Source of the DNA: Octopus sinensis
Lineage: Eukaryota
Assembly: GCF_006345805.1 (NCBI RefSeq)
Contig: NC_043004.1
Span: forward strand, 22,754,001-22,818,000
Length of the DNA stretch: 64,000 nucleotides
Direction of reading: 5' to 3'
The translations under genes and the position numbers were made by a program. Each line of letters begins with the position of its first letter. The first letter of the stretch is position 1. Shown piece after piece: positions 12,001 to 24,330 of the stretch. The notes beneath the pieces were generated by a model. It saw only the letters and a list, made by a program, of their open reading frames with translations. It made no database searches and had not been told where the DNA came from.

Positions 12001-14154
12001 ACATAACATACATACATATATACATACATACACAAACATGTGTGTGTGTGTAAAACGTTGTTACTAGTGATTTTACCACCACCAACTTTACCTCAACTCT
12101 AAACACTACACATGGCCTCCAATAATACATTGCATTTCTTAACACTACCACTAGTATAACTATATTAGCACTAACTTGTTCATATTAATATTAACAACCC
12201 CTATTCACATTCCGCCTTTAATCACTTTTGAGGACGATAAAGTAAGTATCAGTTAAGCACTGGGGCCAATGTTTTCAAGTTACACACTTCCCAGAAATTA
12301 CTGGACTTGTCAAAATTTGAAATCAATACTGACAACCCCACGTAAATACGCATAAATCAATACCTTTACTTCGTGAATCAATTTTTTTACATAACAATTT
12401 TCCAGCAAGAAATTTCATGTTTTGCTTAATGCATTATCAAATATTATTATTTTCAATATCTCCAATATCACTGGTCTATTCTTTATGACATATTTTATTT
12501 TAATACATCTTTAATGATTATATATCTACACCTGCTTTAATTAAAATGTTGTTTGTTTTGTTTGGCTTCTAAACATTGCTGTGCTGCATATGACAGAAAA
12601 TCGAATATATTTTTAAGATTACTCCATTAATCTATTATGCTGTATGAATTATATAGTATATTTTATTAGTATTCAAAGCAATATATATTGTCGTGCTGTA
12701 ATGTATTTTTAAAACGTCTCTTCATTGATTATTCAGTACCACATCTTCCATGTATCAATCCGCAGGCATAGCCAAACAGTTACTTTAAACTTTCCTAGAT
12801 GTACAAGTAAGGTTCGTTAGTTTCACCATTGTTATTAAAGATATTTAAATGTACTGCCATTTCCCAAAGGAATGTTTGTTGCGAGATTCTATCGGTGAAG
12901 TAGAACATATTTCTTTTTTTTTTTACGCAATTCACTTAGCAGTCACCATCAATTTGATTTAAGCCGTTGGCTAATATTTTTTATATACTTCTATATATCT
13001 ACATGTCACTATGTTTCCGTATTACAACGTAATTATGGATCGACATATTTTGGATTTAGCCTCAAAAATATCTAAAAGCTCGGTATTGCACACAAAAGAA
13101 CCTACTTAGTGTAGTGTAATTCTGTGCTCTAGAGATCTAGTTTCAATCTCCAGTAAAATGAAGATACGATGTTAATAACATAGTCCAAGAATAGGATTAA
13201 ATTTGTTGTTCTGCTTCGTTAAACATGAAGGATCCGTAACGCAAATAACACAGCGTGTTGTCTGTTAGTGCATTTGTTATTGTTTAGTTTCGGATCCACA
13301 CTTATCCAGTCTTGTGTGCATATAATATCTTACCTGACGTTTCAAGCGTGTGTTTCAATCACAGTATAACCAGATCTACTTTATCCACTCTGTTTTTCTT
13401 ATACATAACTGAAGAGTATTGTTCAAGGAAGCTATAACTGCCGCCGATTGACTATAGTCTCCTTCGTATCTTTGAGATCGTGTTTGTAGTTATATTTTGT
13501 TGTAATTAGTTTCATAGAATCCACTAGTTTTGCATTTCAGATATTTCTTTTCACGAGTCAAATATTTATGGAGCTTTAGTAAAATTAAATTTAGATCCCT
13601 TTGTGTGTGAAAGAGTATGTTTATATTAAAGTTAGTGACAAATAAATGTTTTTGTTTTTATTTTTATTTTTAGACCCTGCTTAGTCAATGTTAATTATGC
13701 TGTTGCTTTCTTTATATGCACAGCTGACGTTATTGATTTGTAGAAAGTTAAATTTTAAAGGGACATATAACTTTTAAGGAGATTGATAAGGTTTGATATA
13801 GTACAAACGATAGAATGATGCAAATAAAATAAGTTGCTTCTTTTTCATTCTTCAGACTATGTCCAGTTATCATTGAATGCTTCGAACATAGATGATATCA
13901 TCTTCCTTTTCACTGCTTGGCAGTCGTGGCTAAACTTCTACTCATCTACACCCGGCTTCCGGCGTAGCTCTTCTCTCTTGCTCTTTAATCAGCAAAAGTT
14001 TATTTAGTCTGTCTTTTCCATCCTGCGTACAGCAGTCTTTCTTTCTATTACTCCAGTGGAATATTCAAATAATTTTATCGAACATTCTTATAACTTTTAA
14101 CCAATGTATACATCGCTAATGTTACTTTTCCTAACATTTCAAAGCACAGTTTGA

Positions 14155-14300
14155 TTTCAAATTTTGGTACAAGTCCAGCGGTTTGGGGAGAGGTTTCAAG
14201 TCGATTTACTTTATCGACACTGAAAACGCACAGTCAAAAATCGGTGGAATTCGAACTCAGAATGCAGATGAAAGAAATGCCGGTAAGCATTTTGCTCGAC
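14155..14300 (-). mobile_element. Degenerate family B SINE
   Basis: Reverse complement of TTCTGAGTTCGAATTCC...GTCGATAAAG...CCAAAATTTGAAATC. Confidence 0.6.
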
Positions 14301-16009
14301 TGTAAATAAGAATACAACATACTGAGTTCTTATGTATCTTACGTAAGACAATGTTCCCCTTTTGTTCTACGATTTTTTTAATGAGAGGAGGCAGGATAAC
14401 ACCGAAAGCAGTTTAAAGTCCCTCTCGCTCATGTGAGAGTTAGAAGGAATGAAGTTATAAGCCTCAAATCTGAAACCGGGCGGAATGCCGACAAAACAAA
14501 GATTCCGCTGACGACACTAAAGACAGTTGAGCTTGATTTGCTACTACTTCTAATAAATGGAACAGTCACGTCGAAAGTCTTTTGATTATCATTTTATTTG
14601 TTAGGAAGTGGAAGGTGGATTAGTTGTCTACAATATTTATTGAATCACAACAGAGGCAACGAGATAAACACGGCTTCATATATTGGAAAGAAATAAGAAA
14701 CCTATAAAGAGAGGCCGTAATAGTATTGTGTGATAATGTTTTTCTACAATAAAGGCATTAACTAGAAAAAAAAACAAGTAAAACGAGTTCTAAGAAGACA
14801 TGAATCCTGAACTTAATAGAAGTATAACAAAATTCTAAGTAAACAAAGACAAAGTCAGATTATATTGACGGGATTAGTGTTGTGCGAGAAGTAGCAGCAG
14901 TGACTGTTGTATAAATATTAACATTACACACATAACAAAGATAACACCATCTAAACCTGCATAATTCCTAAGAAAACTGCATACGAAAAGTTGTAGTGTT
15001 CGTACAAGTAGGAGTAATAGTAGTAGTCCTCCATTTAACAGACGCAGCGGCATGTATGGTGTTTGTCTGTGTTTCAGTTAAATCATTTTTAGTTCAACGA
15101 ATGGCATTTTATTGGAACCATAGAATCATATTGGAATCGGTTGAAACTGGTATAGATGGTCTCGGTTGCCAATTAGTAAGTACACACAATTTGTAAAGTA
15201 GAAATTAGTTTCCTGTGAAACTTTGGAGAGATATGTAACGCTTCGAAGTGAAAATTCCGGCGGAGAGATATAAAATATATATTAGCTGTGTTGTGTAAGA
15301 TGCTTGGTTGTGGTAACAGAGAGAAAAATTGTAACAATAAATGAGTGGTGACTGAAAATAAGAGAAATAGGTAATGGTTGGAGGAAGAAAAGTGACAAAT
15401 TAATTAACAAGAAGTTAATTAACAAGCAAGTTGAAGTTTTTTGAAAAGTTGTGAAGAAAGCAATTAAGATTTGGAACGTTGAAACAAAGTTAAAATATGT
15501 TTTTAGTTTTCATTCTTTGATTAAACAGTTTGTTTCTCTTGTTGTTGTTCTTGTTGTTGGCGGTGGAGGTTGGTGGAGTAGAATTTTAAAAATTTGTTTT
15601 GTGATGATCATACCAAAAGTTTATGTCAGATTCATACAATAAACAATTATCATATCATTGTGTATATGATTCAATGATAAATGATGATATTATTATTCAA
15701 TTAACTATGATTTGATTGTTATGAATCTTAATTTTCTCATATATAATTTATGTGAATGATATTACTTTACAGAGAAGCCATTTGTAATCATATTTTAAAT
15801 CGGATATTCAATAATTGTGATCAAACACGCATGTGATATATTATTTCTATCCAGAAGTATATGTATTTCTATAATTGATATGTCACTCTCATATTTCTGA
15901 AGCAGTAAAACAACTAATCTTTATCACTGACATCTTACAGAAGTTTCATCAGTATTTATCCCGTCAAATGAATTATTATATGCCACTGTTATATATGGTG
16001 AAAGCGCGT

Positions 16010-16230
16010 GATCAACTGCTATTGCTATTAGGCCCACGATTATTATATCGTAGGTTTCATTCACAGACCGGGTGGCGTATTGCTTCTCACACTGTGGTCC
16101 ATTATTTCTCCATCGAGCCAGTCCACTAAACTGAAAACGTCTAGCAGCAGCAGCTGATTGACTTTGTTCGTAGGAGTTTTAATCTACCGGGCTCAAGTCT
16201 GCGACGAACTGGCATTCCGTTCAGGGTGAG
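16010..16230 (+). mobile_element. Old family C SINE
   Basis: GACCGGGTGGCGTATTG...CCAGTCCACTAAACTGAAAA...CTGCGACGAACTGGCATTCCGTTCAGGGTG. Confidence 0.5.
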
Positions 16231-16832
16231 GAGCATTTTATTCTTAGTTTCTGAAACTACACAGAAACTGTAATGAGCCTCAACTTAATGTGTCTATTAG
16301 CTCGAGACATTGCTTCACTTCAGTCCCAATACAATTTCAATATTCCGATTATTTATCGATCTCTTTCTTCAATTATTTAGAAAATGTATTGATTCACATA
16401 TGCCCCCGCCTCTGTCATCTTATTTACAGCTTCTTTTATTTACAAGCCTCAATATCATTGAAATGCTATGTACTTAAGCAATAAATAGTATGTTGAAAAC
16501 ATAATTTTTATATATATTTACGTATTTTGGAGGGAAAAAACAACGATGCCATAATGGACTTCACTGATCCTGAGATATATTTCATATCGTTAACGTTATT
16601 TTTGACAAGTTGCAAGATGACGTCTGAATAAGAATGAGCGGGAGATACACCGGGAGGGAATTTTTGATGACCAAGTTTTTGGAGAGGTGAAATGAGGGAG
16701 GGTCTTTTTTGTATTCTGAAGCGTGGGTGGGATGTACAATGGATATCAATAATAGGATAGATAAGTTAGTCGTGAATGTTTGAGAAGGAAAATGACATGG
16801 TATCTCCTTGGGTCAGAGATTACTATAATAGT

Positions 16833-17030
16833 CCTTTCTGCAATAGGCCCAAGGCCTGAAATTTGAGAGGAGGCGGACTTGCTGATTACATCGACAGCAG
16901 TGCTTAACTGCTGCGTACTTATTTTATCTAACCCGAAAGAAAGTAAGACAAAGTCGATCTCAGTTCAATTTGAATTCAGAAAACAAACACACGAAATGCT
17001 GCAAAGTGTTTTTACAACCTACCTCCTTAC
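16833..17030 (-). mobile_element. Family B SINE (degenerate)
   Basis: AGGCCCAAGGCCTGAAATTTG...TACTTATTTTATC..CCCGAAAG..AAGACAAAGTCGA is the reverse complement of the family B core. Confidence 0.65.
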
Positions 17031-17139
17031 AAATCGCTGTAATAATCACAGATAAAAAGCAGATTGTGGACGCAAGCAGATCTATGGGTCAGAGGGTGGA
17101 ATATGTTGAACGAGTAAACAGATACTACTCATAATATAT

Positions 17140-17345
17140 TGGTTTCAAATTTTGGCATTATGTTAGCAGTTTTAAGGTAGGGAGCATTAGTCAATTACAT
17201 TGTCCCACTTCTCACCTGGGGTGTACTTATTTTATTGACCCCGACAGAATGAAAGCCAAATCGAACTCTACTGAATTTGAACTTAGAATGTAAATGCTGC
17301 AAAGCATTTTGTACGGCATGCTAACGGTTCTGCCAACTCGCTGCT
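17140..17345 (-). mobile_element. Family B SINE (degenerate)
   Basis: GTACTTATTTTATTGACCCCGACAGAATGAAAG...GCATGCTAACGGTTCTGCCAACTCGC. Confidence 0.7.
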
Positions 17346-17489
17346 TTAGAGATTACTATAATAGACACAGGTGAAAAGCTGTTTGTGGACGCAACAGAAT
17401 CTGTAGGTCAGGGGGATGGATTGTGCTGAAGAAATACGAAGATATTACTCATAATGATATTACACATTACGTCAAACGTCTTTGTATTA

Positions 17490-18648
17490 CGGTTACCGTA
17501 AAGTAATGTATTTGCAAGGAAACCGTCTGACGTCGTACTGCAGTCTAAAAACTACTAAACGTGGTGGCCAATCAGTGTAGATTTAATAATCAAACGTTTA
17601 TGTCGAGACATGCTATGTGTGTAGTGACTCAATCTGATAACCTATTGAAGACAAGGATTTTAGTAAGGTGCGTGTACGGTATTTCGTAAGAGCAACAATG
17701 CAGCACTTTCAAAGGAAAACTTATGCATTGTGTATCCCAATGTTGTGAGTGTTCGGAAATGCTAAATGTGGTTTAAAACGTTCTAAAGTAGTGATTATTT
17801 CGATCCTTTGTATGCGTAACGATCAGGAAGACTAAGTATTCTTAGTAAAGATGCAATGAAAACCGCAACTGAGGATGGTCTGCTTAAAATTATCGGGGGC
17901 AACTTCCTACAACTAAATAAACCTTGGCCCAGTATACACATGTTCATTTTGTTTGATTATCTCAAGAGCTGTCCCCCGAGAATAAAGGAGTGCTTTCAAT
18001 AAATTAAAACAACTTGCAAATCAGGAATGGACAAATACCTTTTCATAATGGAATTCTAACAGGTGATTAAAAATGGGAAGTCTATTCCAGCAATAAACTT
18101 AACAACTATTACCTATCGCCAAATAAAAAGCTAGTTCCAACACTCACAAAACAGAAATACACCCAAAAGAAGATTGCGTTGTGCGTTTGGTGGAATACAA
18201 AAGTATTATTTACTTTGAATTATTTGAACAAGCAAAAGGCATCTCCGCAGATCTTTATCAACTTGAACGTATCAGTCATGTTTTGCTAAAAACAAATAAG
18301 CAGTTCGAGACAACAAAAACGGAGCCATCATATGAAATAATGCGACGCAACATTCAGTGAAAATAACGAAAGACATCATAAATTCATTAAGATGGGGAGA
18401 TCTACTTCATCCTTCCTATTTGGCATATTTAGGCAACAGTAAATGTCTTTCTTTTTTTGAAGTCGTTTGAACTTTTTACCAGTAGAAAAATATTCAAAAG
18501 TAGCGTACATGTCGAACGACACGGAATATTTTTTTCTTTTGTGAATAAGCTGATTTTCCTGCACGAGTAAGTGCAAAACAAGTTTGAATGTGAGAACATG
18601 CTTTTGATAATGATGGTGATTATATATTAAATGAATAACTATACATAT

Positions 18649-18704
<56 letters not shown>

Positions 18705-18775
18705 ATATATATATACGTTATTTTATGCGAATTTGAATTCATTAAATAAAATGCAAAATTATTTTTCGAAGTCGT
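17490..18775 (+). mobile_element. Heavily decayed mariner transposon
   Basis: Broken translations ILTGD*KW, KKIALCVWWN, IIYFELF, W-DLLHPSY and DGDYI. Many frameshifts; (TA)n inside the 3' end; boundaries approximate. Confidence 0.65.
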
Positions 18776-19518
18776 GATGCAATTTAATTTCATTTTACTT
18801 TACACAAAAGCTTAGAACTGTTGAGAAAAAAAGTAGAGGAGCTTTTCCTTTTTTCCATCTATTCCTAATAACTTCATTTACTCTGTGAAGTCACCCTAAT
18901 TTTTTCTCATAACTTTTTCATCTACCGGGTAAACGTAGATTTTCTCCTCATTAGTATTAGATTATACGTCATTTCGTCAGCAAATGTAATTCATCGAAAG
19001 AAAATCATGTCTTGTTCGGATACGTTTGTAATGCACAACAGATATGTGTTTAACTAAAAGAAAAGAAGTATGTTCCTAATTTCTAAAATATAATCCATAG
19101 ATAAACGATAGAGACCCATTGTTTACTTAACCTTATAAAAAATTTTATTTCAAAGACATGAAAACAACTCTTTATAAAGAACGCTAGTTGCCTCGTTAAA
19201 AGGTACATTGAGGAAGCTCAGTGATTACGATCCTCTTCGCTAACACTTAAAGTCTTTGAAACCCAATTATTATATGGTAATATATAGATTGAAAAGCAAT
19301 AAAAATCCAATCGGCTTTATATTTCTTTGTTAGAAAATATATCTTTTGGTAAATGATACTACGTTTTCCATGGCTGCTTCACTACTTTATTCATTTTTAA
19401 ACGCATAGTAAAAAGAAAATGTCTGTGAAATATGGCCTGGGAAATATGTGTGCTAGGTATTTATGCCAAATGCAATACATTCTCGGCGATTTTCATGTTT
19501 ATATATGTATGCCATTAT

Positions 19519-19782
19519 TCAGTTTTATTTTAATATTTCTTGCCACTAGAGAAAAAGCCGGTTTCTAACCTAGATCCATGTCTCCTTCATTGGAATTTCA
19601 ACATTAACAACATGGTATTTTTGTGTGTATGTATGTACGTAAGTATGTATTGCATTGATCAGTTTTATTTCAAGATTTCTTGCCACGAGAGAAAGAGTCG
19701 GTTTCTAACCTAGATCCAAGTCTCCTGCATCGGAATTTCAACATCAACAAGTGGGTATTTTTGTATGTATGTATGAATGTAT
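19519..19782 (+). repeat. Two tandem copies of a ~130-bp retroposon-tail-like unit, each ending in (TGTA)n
   Basis: CAGTTTTATTT..A.ATTTCTTGCCAC.AGAGAAA.AG.CGGTTTCTAACCTAGATCCA.GTCTCC occurs at about 19519 and 19660. Confidence 0.8.
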
Positions 19783-20592
19783 GGCTATTGTCAGGTCACT
19801 TTCGAGTGTTACTGGTAACATGTAACCCAGTACAACCTGTTGCATGGTCGGGCCGTCGGCGTCTAAACAGGCAACCCCACCAAGCTTGCTTTGTGAGGAG
19901 GGTGTTTATTGGACACCCTGCGCGATGAAAAGCAAAACTCGTCAAAGGGCGGATGAACTCTTGAGAGTCAACGGCCATCCAATAAATGTCTTAAGGCGGT
20001 ATCATGCGCGGGGACATAGAAATAATCGGACTGAATACCCGATCGCGCGGTTAAACTATTGGGAGTGAAGGACTCCTAGCCTTTGTTAGGGCAACCTTCT
20101 AGGAGAACGTAACTCAGGTAACTGTGATAACTCCAACATAAAATCTGCGGCTCAGTGGTTACCGATGATGTTGACTTGTTCTTCTTTTCGGATTATGGCT
20201 GCTGTTGCTTAGTGAGTGGGATTGTCTCAGTGCACAACCTTTCCTCACTTCAAACAAAAATCTTGCACATGCATTGCACGATAACAGCATTGATTCAGCT
20301 TCGTGCAATGGCCATACTTGATAACGAGGGGGCAGCCACCATGGCTATTGTTTACTACAGAACGTGTGCAGGTTGTGGTAAGGTGTGCCTTTCATGTCGA
20401 GGATTTAAAAGGCACGTCAAAATAGTTCATACTGCGGCACCTGTTTCTCCTGCCAGCCAGCACAACTGTGCATTTTGCAATACAATATGTAACTCTTTGA
20501 CCGGGCTCAAGAGTCAACCAAAGGCCTCGCATTGCATCAACATTGGCTTCTCTCTAGCAACGGCTTTGTTCCTATACGAGAAAGTAGCTAAG
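19783..20592 (+). mobile_element. Internally deleted (non-autonomous) RTE-like retroelement with two C2H2-like fingers
   Basis: Structured 5' region with GGGCAACCTTCTAGGAGAACGTAACTC (recalled RTE 5' UTR motif). CAGCGKVCLSCRGFKRHVKIVH and CAFCNTICNSLTGLKSQPKASH at 20365-20532. 3' end CCTATACGAGAAAGTAGCTAAG followed by an (ATGT)n tail. No EN or RT. Confidence 0.6.
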
Positions 20593-22453
20593 ATGTATGT
20601 ATGTATGTATGTATGTATGTATGTGTGTATCTATGTATGTGTATGTATGTGTGTATGTATGTATGTGTATGTATGTGTGTATGTATGTATGTATGTGTAT
20701 GTATGTGTATATGTGTGTGTATGTATGTGTGTATGTATGTACGTATGCATAAACTCATTCCCATCGGTTGAATTTAGCTCACAATCATCGGTGAACATTG
20801 TTATTAAAAACACTAAGACTATGTATCGAAATGAAAGTCTTAATCTTACTGCCAATTTTAATAGCAAATAGCGTAGAGGGTTACTACTGGGTACCATAGT
20901 GACTGTAGGTTAAAATATGGACTGTTTACTGGACAAATAGCCCAGCATCATCTATTTGTCTTAATAGATTCATGTGCCATTTTTCACAGTTTATCACTGT
21001 ATTTAACAGCAGCTGATCTGTAATTTTTAAATCTTTGATTTACTATCGTGCAGAGACAATTAAAACGCTTGCTGAAAAAATTCCCACTAGAACCAGACTA
21101 ACCCACATCAGACTCCCTCAATATGTAAATAAGGGGAATCACAAATTGATGAAAAAAAAACTATAATTTGCTTTTGGAAGCCCAAAATATAATTGCGTTG
21201 ACGGTGTCCAGGGATACAAAGTAGGTGAATTGTCATGTTATACATAGTATGCGTTTAACAAGTTCCTTTGTAATCACAAACTAATCATTATAATAAAATC
21301 AAACGTAGTTTCATGGCATTTGATAACTCATTGTGATAAACAATACAAACCACATTATTTGACAGTTATTCTGATAGACTCTTATTGAGATGAGATACAA
21401 TAACTTACCAGTAACAGACTGGTATTATAATAGCTGTCATGGAGGAAACTTATCTCATCAATGCTGAATGTCTTTAACTACCAGTTATATTAGAATCGAT
21501 TGAATATATCCAATATATTAACATCAGAATGAATAAAGAATAACTAATATAACTTCCGGTTTTAATTTGAGCAGGATACTCATTCTCTGCAAACTGAAGT
21601 AAGATAAATACTATCCTGATTTGTAAATGCATCTAATGGATTAACTTTCTGAATCTATTTTCACAACAATCGCAATTGAAAATCGATTACAATTCCACGA
21701 ATTTTCGGTTAATTGTCATATGTAGAGGTCATTAATCAGGTTGATAATTCTTCAAGTAGCTCACATTTTCTAAAGATTACTTTCAGCCCAATAAACTCTG
21801 ATCGTTTTATGTTTTAGTACTTCAACTTTATAAAGCCATTTATTTTTCTATAATATCACTGTCACTTTTTTTGTCACGCTTAATAGAATATTGATTTTCT
21901 CTGAAAACTACTACTATTCCATTAATCTCAGATCATTTATCGTTCGATTGGAAGAGGAAAAAACTACATTTCAAAAAACTATTTCTATAATTCTTTGTAA
22001 TTTTAGAGTTTTCCTACTATCCCATATTTGCTTCTCAGCCTACAACGAAATCAAGTATAATATTTTGGGGATAAAAGCCAATCTTCTTCAATTTTAATAA
22101 CTATTGTTGCTACTATAATGGTATTAGATACAGAGAAACTAAGCTGATAGGATTATCATAGTGAGCTAAGAATAGAATTTTAATGTATGTTTAGATAAGA
22201 GAATTCTAGACTAGTAATGCAAATTAAACCAGGTACTAGATTTATATTGTAAAATATTCTAATATCACTTTTGCATACCAAAATGGTGTGTATGACTACA
22301 TGGTGGAGTCAACCCAATAACGCTTTTTCTGTTCTATTAATAAATACTGGACAGCATGTTGCGTCCCTGCGACATATTAAGCAATTAATAGTGTTAATCA
22401 CATAATTGAAAATGCTCAGCCTTTTTGATGAAGTAAATATGCTATATGCATGC

Positions 22454-22912
22454 TAATTAAATTAGAACAGATGGACACATCAGCATAATTATACCAAAAT
22501 CTCCGAGAAGTTAAGCAGATAGACAAAGAACATGTTGTTTCTACTTCAGAATAGAAGTTACTAAAATTATCGAGAAGACCCTGCCTGCCACTGACTTTTT
22601 ATCTTTATGGGGTCAGTTTTAAGTTATAGACTAGGTGATCAAATCCCTTGTTTATCTAAGGCTGAGAGAACAGAATGCAGTATCTGTTAGGAGTATGGCT
22701 GAGGTAGTAGATAGACATTCTAGTTGGTATAGTCATAAAGGTCACCCACTAGCAGACTATTGATAATGAAACAGGAGCAGGCAGAGTCTTCTTGATAATT
22801 TGAGTAACTTCTATGCTGAAGTAGAAACAACATGTGTTTTGTCTATCTCCTTAACTTCTTGGAGATTTTAGGTATAATTATACTAATGTGTCCATCTGTT
22901 CTAATTTAATTA
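22454..22912. mobile_element. Fold-back / MITE-like element with ~135-bp inverted arms
   Basis: 22454-22589 is the reverse complement of about 22774-22912, at roughly 90% identity by eye. Confidence 0.8.
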
Positions 22913-24236
22913 AATTCTATGTCTTTATGCAGCTGAAGATTGCTCTACATTTTAAATTGATGTAATGATTACATTGTTCAATTAAATGGAGTTGCATGAA
23001 ACGATCGTACTTGTTTACCTCTGGATATCCTTGTTGCTTATTTCGATTTTAATCACCTTACTTTGAAATTGTATGCATAATACCTTACGAAATTCTGGTG
23101 CCTCAAATTAAGTGCCATATTCATCTGAATCTGTATATATATATATTCTATATAAATATATATTGCATTACCCATAGGTATCGTGCCTACTACTGGCACC
23201 TTACCTGGCGACTGTGTGCCTGGAAATAATACTAAAATGAAGGAAACGTTAGTGGAATGATGACATTATAAATAATGAAATTTCAAACTCTTTCCATCGC
23301 ACATATGTGACACAAAAATACAAGCATATCTTGGTTGTTTTTCCTTTCCTTCAGAATGCAATATTTATATGATAGATAAAATATTATGCCAGAAAGCTTG
23401 AAAGAAAATAACGTGCGGTTACAGTATTTTTTGCAAAATTCCTGTTGCAGCTAGTTTTGAAAAAAATCAAAGAAAGAGAGGAGACATTTTCTCTCACTCT
23501 AATATCTTCAAATTGTGCCATACAAAAGAAATTACTTCTTCCCTACAGGACTGAGCTGAATATGCGGAAATGATTAAGAAAACATGAATATACAACTACT
23601 GATTTTTTTTTATGGCACACAGTTTTTCTGTAGATTTACTACTCAGTTTGTTTTCATTCCTACAGTGTGCACGCGCAAACACAGCACACCCAAATTTTCT
23701 CTCATTTAATCATCTATTAGGTGACTTCTATGCATGACCACAGCTCTCCTAGAAAACACACCCAGATTTAACACCCTCTATTTCAAGTCAGTGCAAGACG
23801 GTAGCGATTCCTATTTTTCTCACTCGTTATCTGCTCGCATGCTAGCAAATCTGCAGAAACGTGAATGCGTATCTTAGGTATAATTATACTAATGTGTCCA
23901 TCTGTTCTAATTTAATTAAATTCTATGCCTTTGTGCATCTGAAAATTGCTCTACATTTTAAATTGATGTTTGCAAGGAGAACAAAATCTCACTTTCTCAG
24001 ACACCATTTTTCTCTCTTTTTCACTCTTTATTCTCTCTCATCATCTCACTTCCTCCCTCTCTTTCTCTTTCTCTTTCTCTCTCTCTCTCTCTCTATCTAT
24101 CTCTCGCTTTCATTATCACTCTCTCTCTCACACACACACACTCACAAACGTATATGTAAATGACAAATAAGTATAATTTCTTGGTACGTTTCAATATTAT
24201 GGTTGATTCGAGCTCTGCAACAGGTTTCCAAGTGCA

Positions 24237-24267
<31 letters not shown>

Positions 24268-24285
24268 CATACATACATACATACA

Positions 24286-24319
<34 letters not shown>

Positions 24320-24330
24320 CATACATATAG
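24237..24330. repeat. (ACAT)n microsatellite
   Basis: Direct inspection. Confidence 0.97.

Noticed and set aside
19790-19935. HDV-like ribozyme at the RTE-like 5' end
   Set aside because: Hairpins are present, but I could not assign a P1 starting with G or a canonical L3.
20155-20871. 238-aa ORF as a host C2H2 zinc-finger gene
   Set aside because: No TGEKP linkers, flanked by RTE-like termini, and the C-terminal part is translated (ATGT)n.
22700-22712. TGAGGTAGTAGAT, identical to the first 13 nt of let-7f-type miRNAs
   Set aside because: The 3' half does not match let-7, no local pre-miRNA hairpin is evident, and it lies in the spacer of a fold-back repeat.
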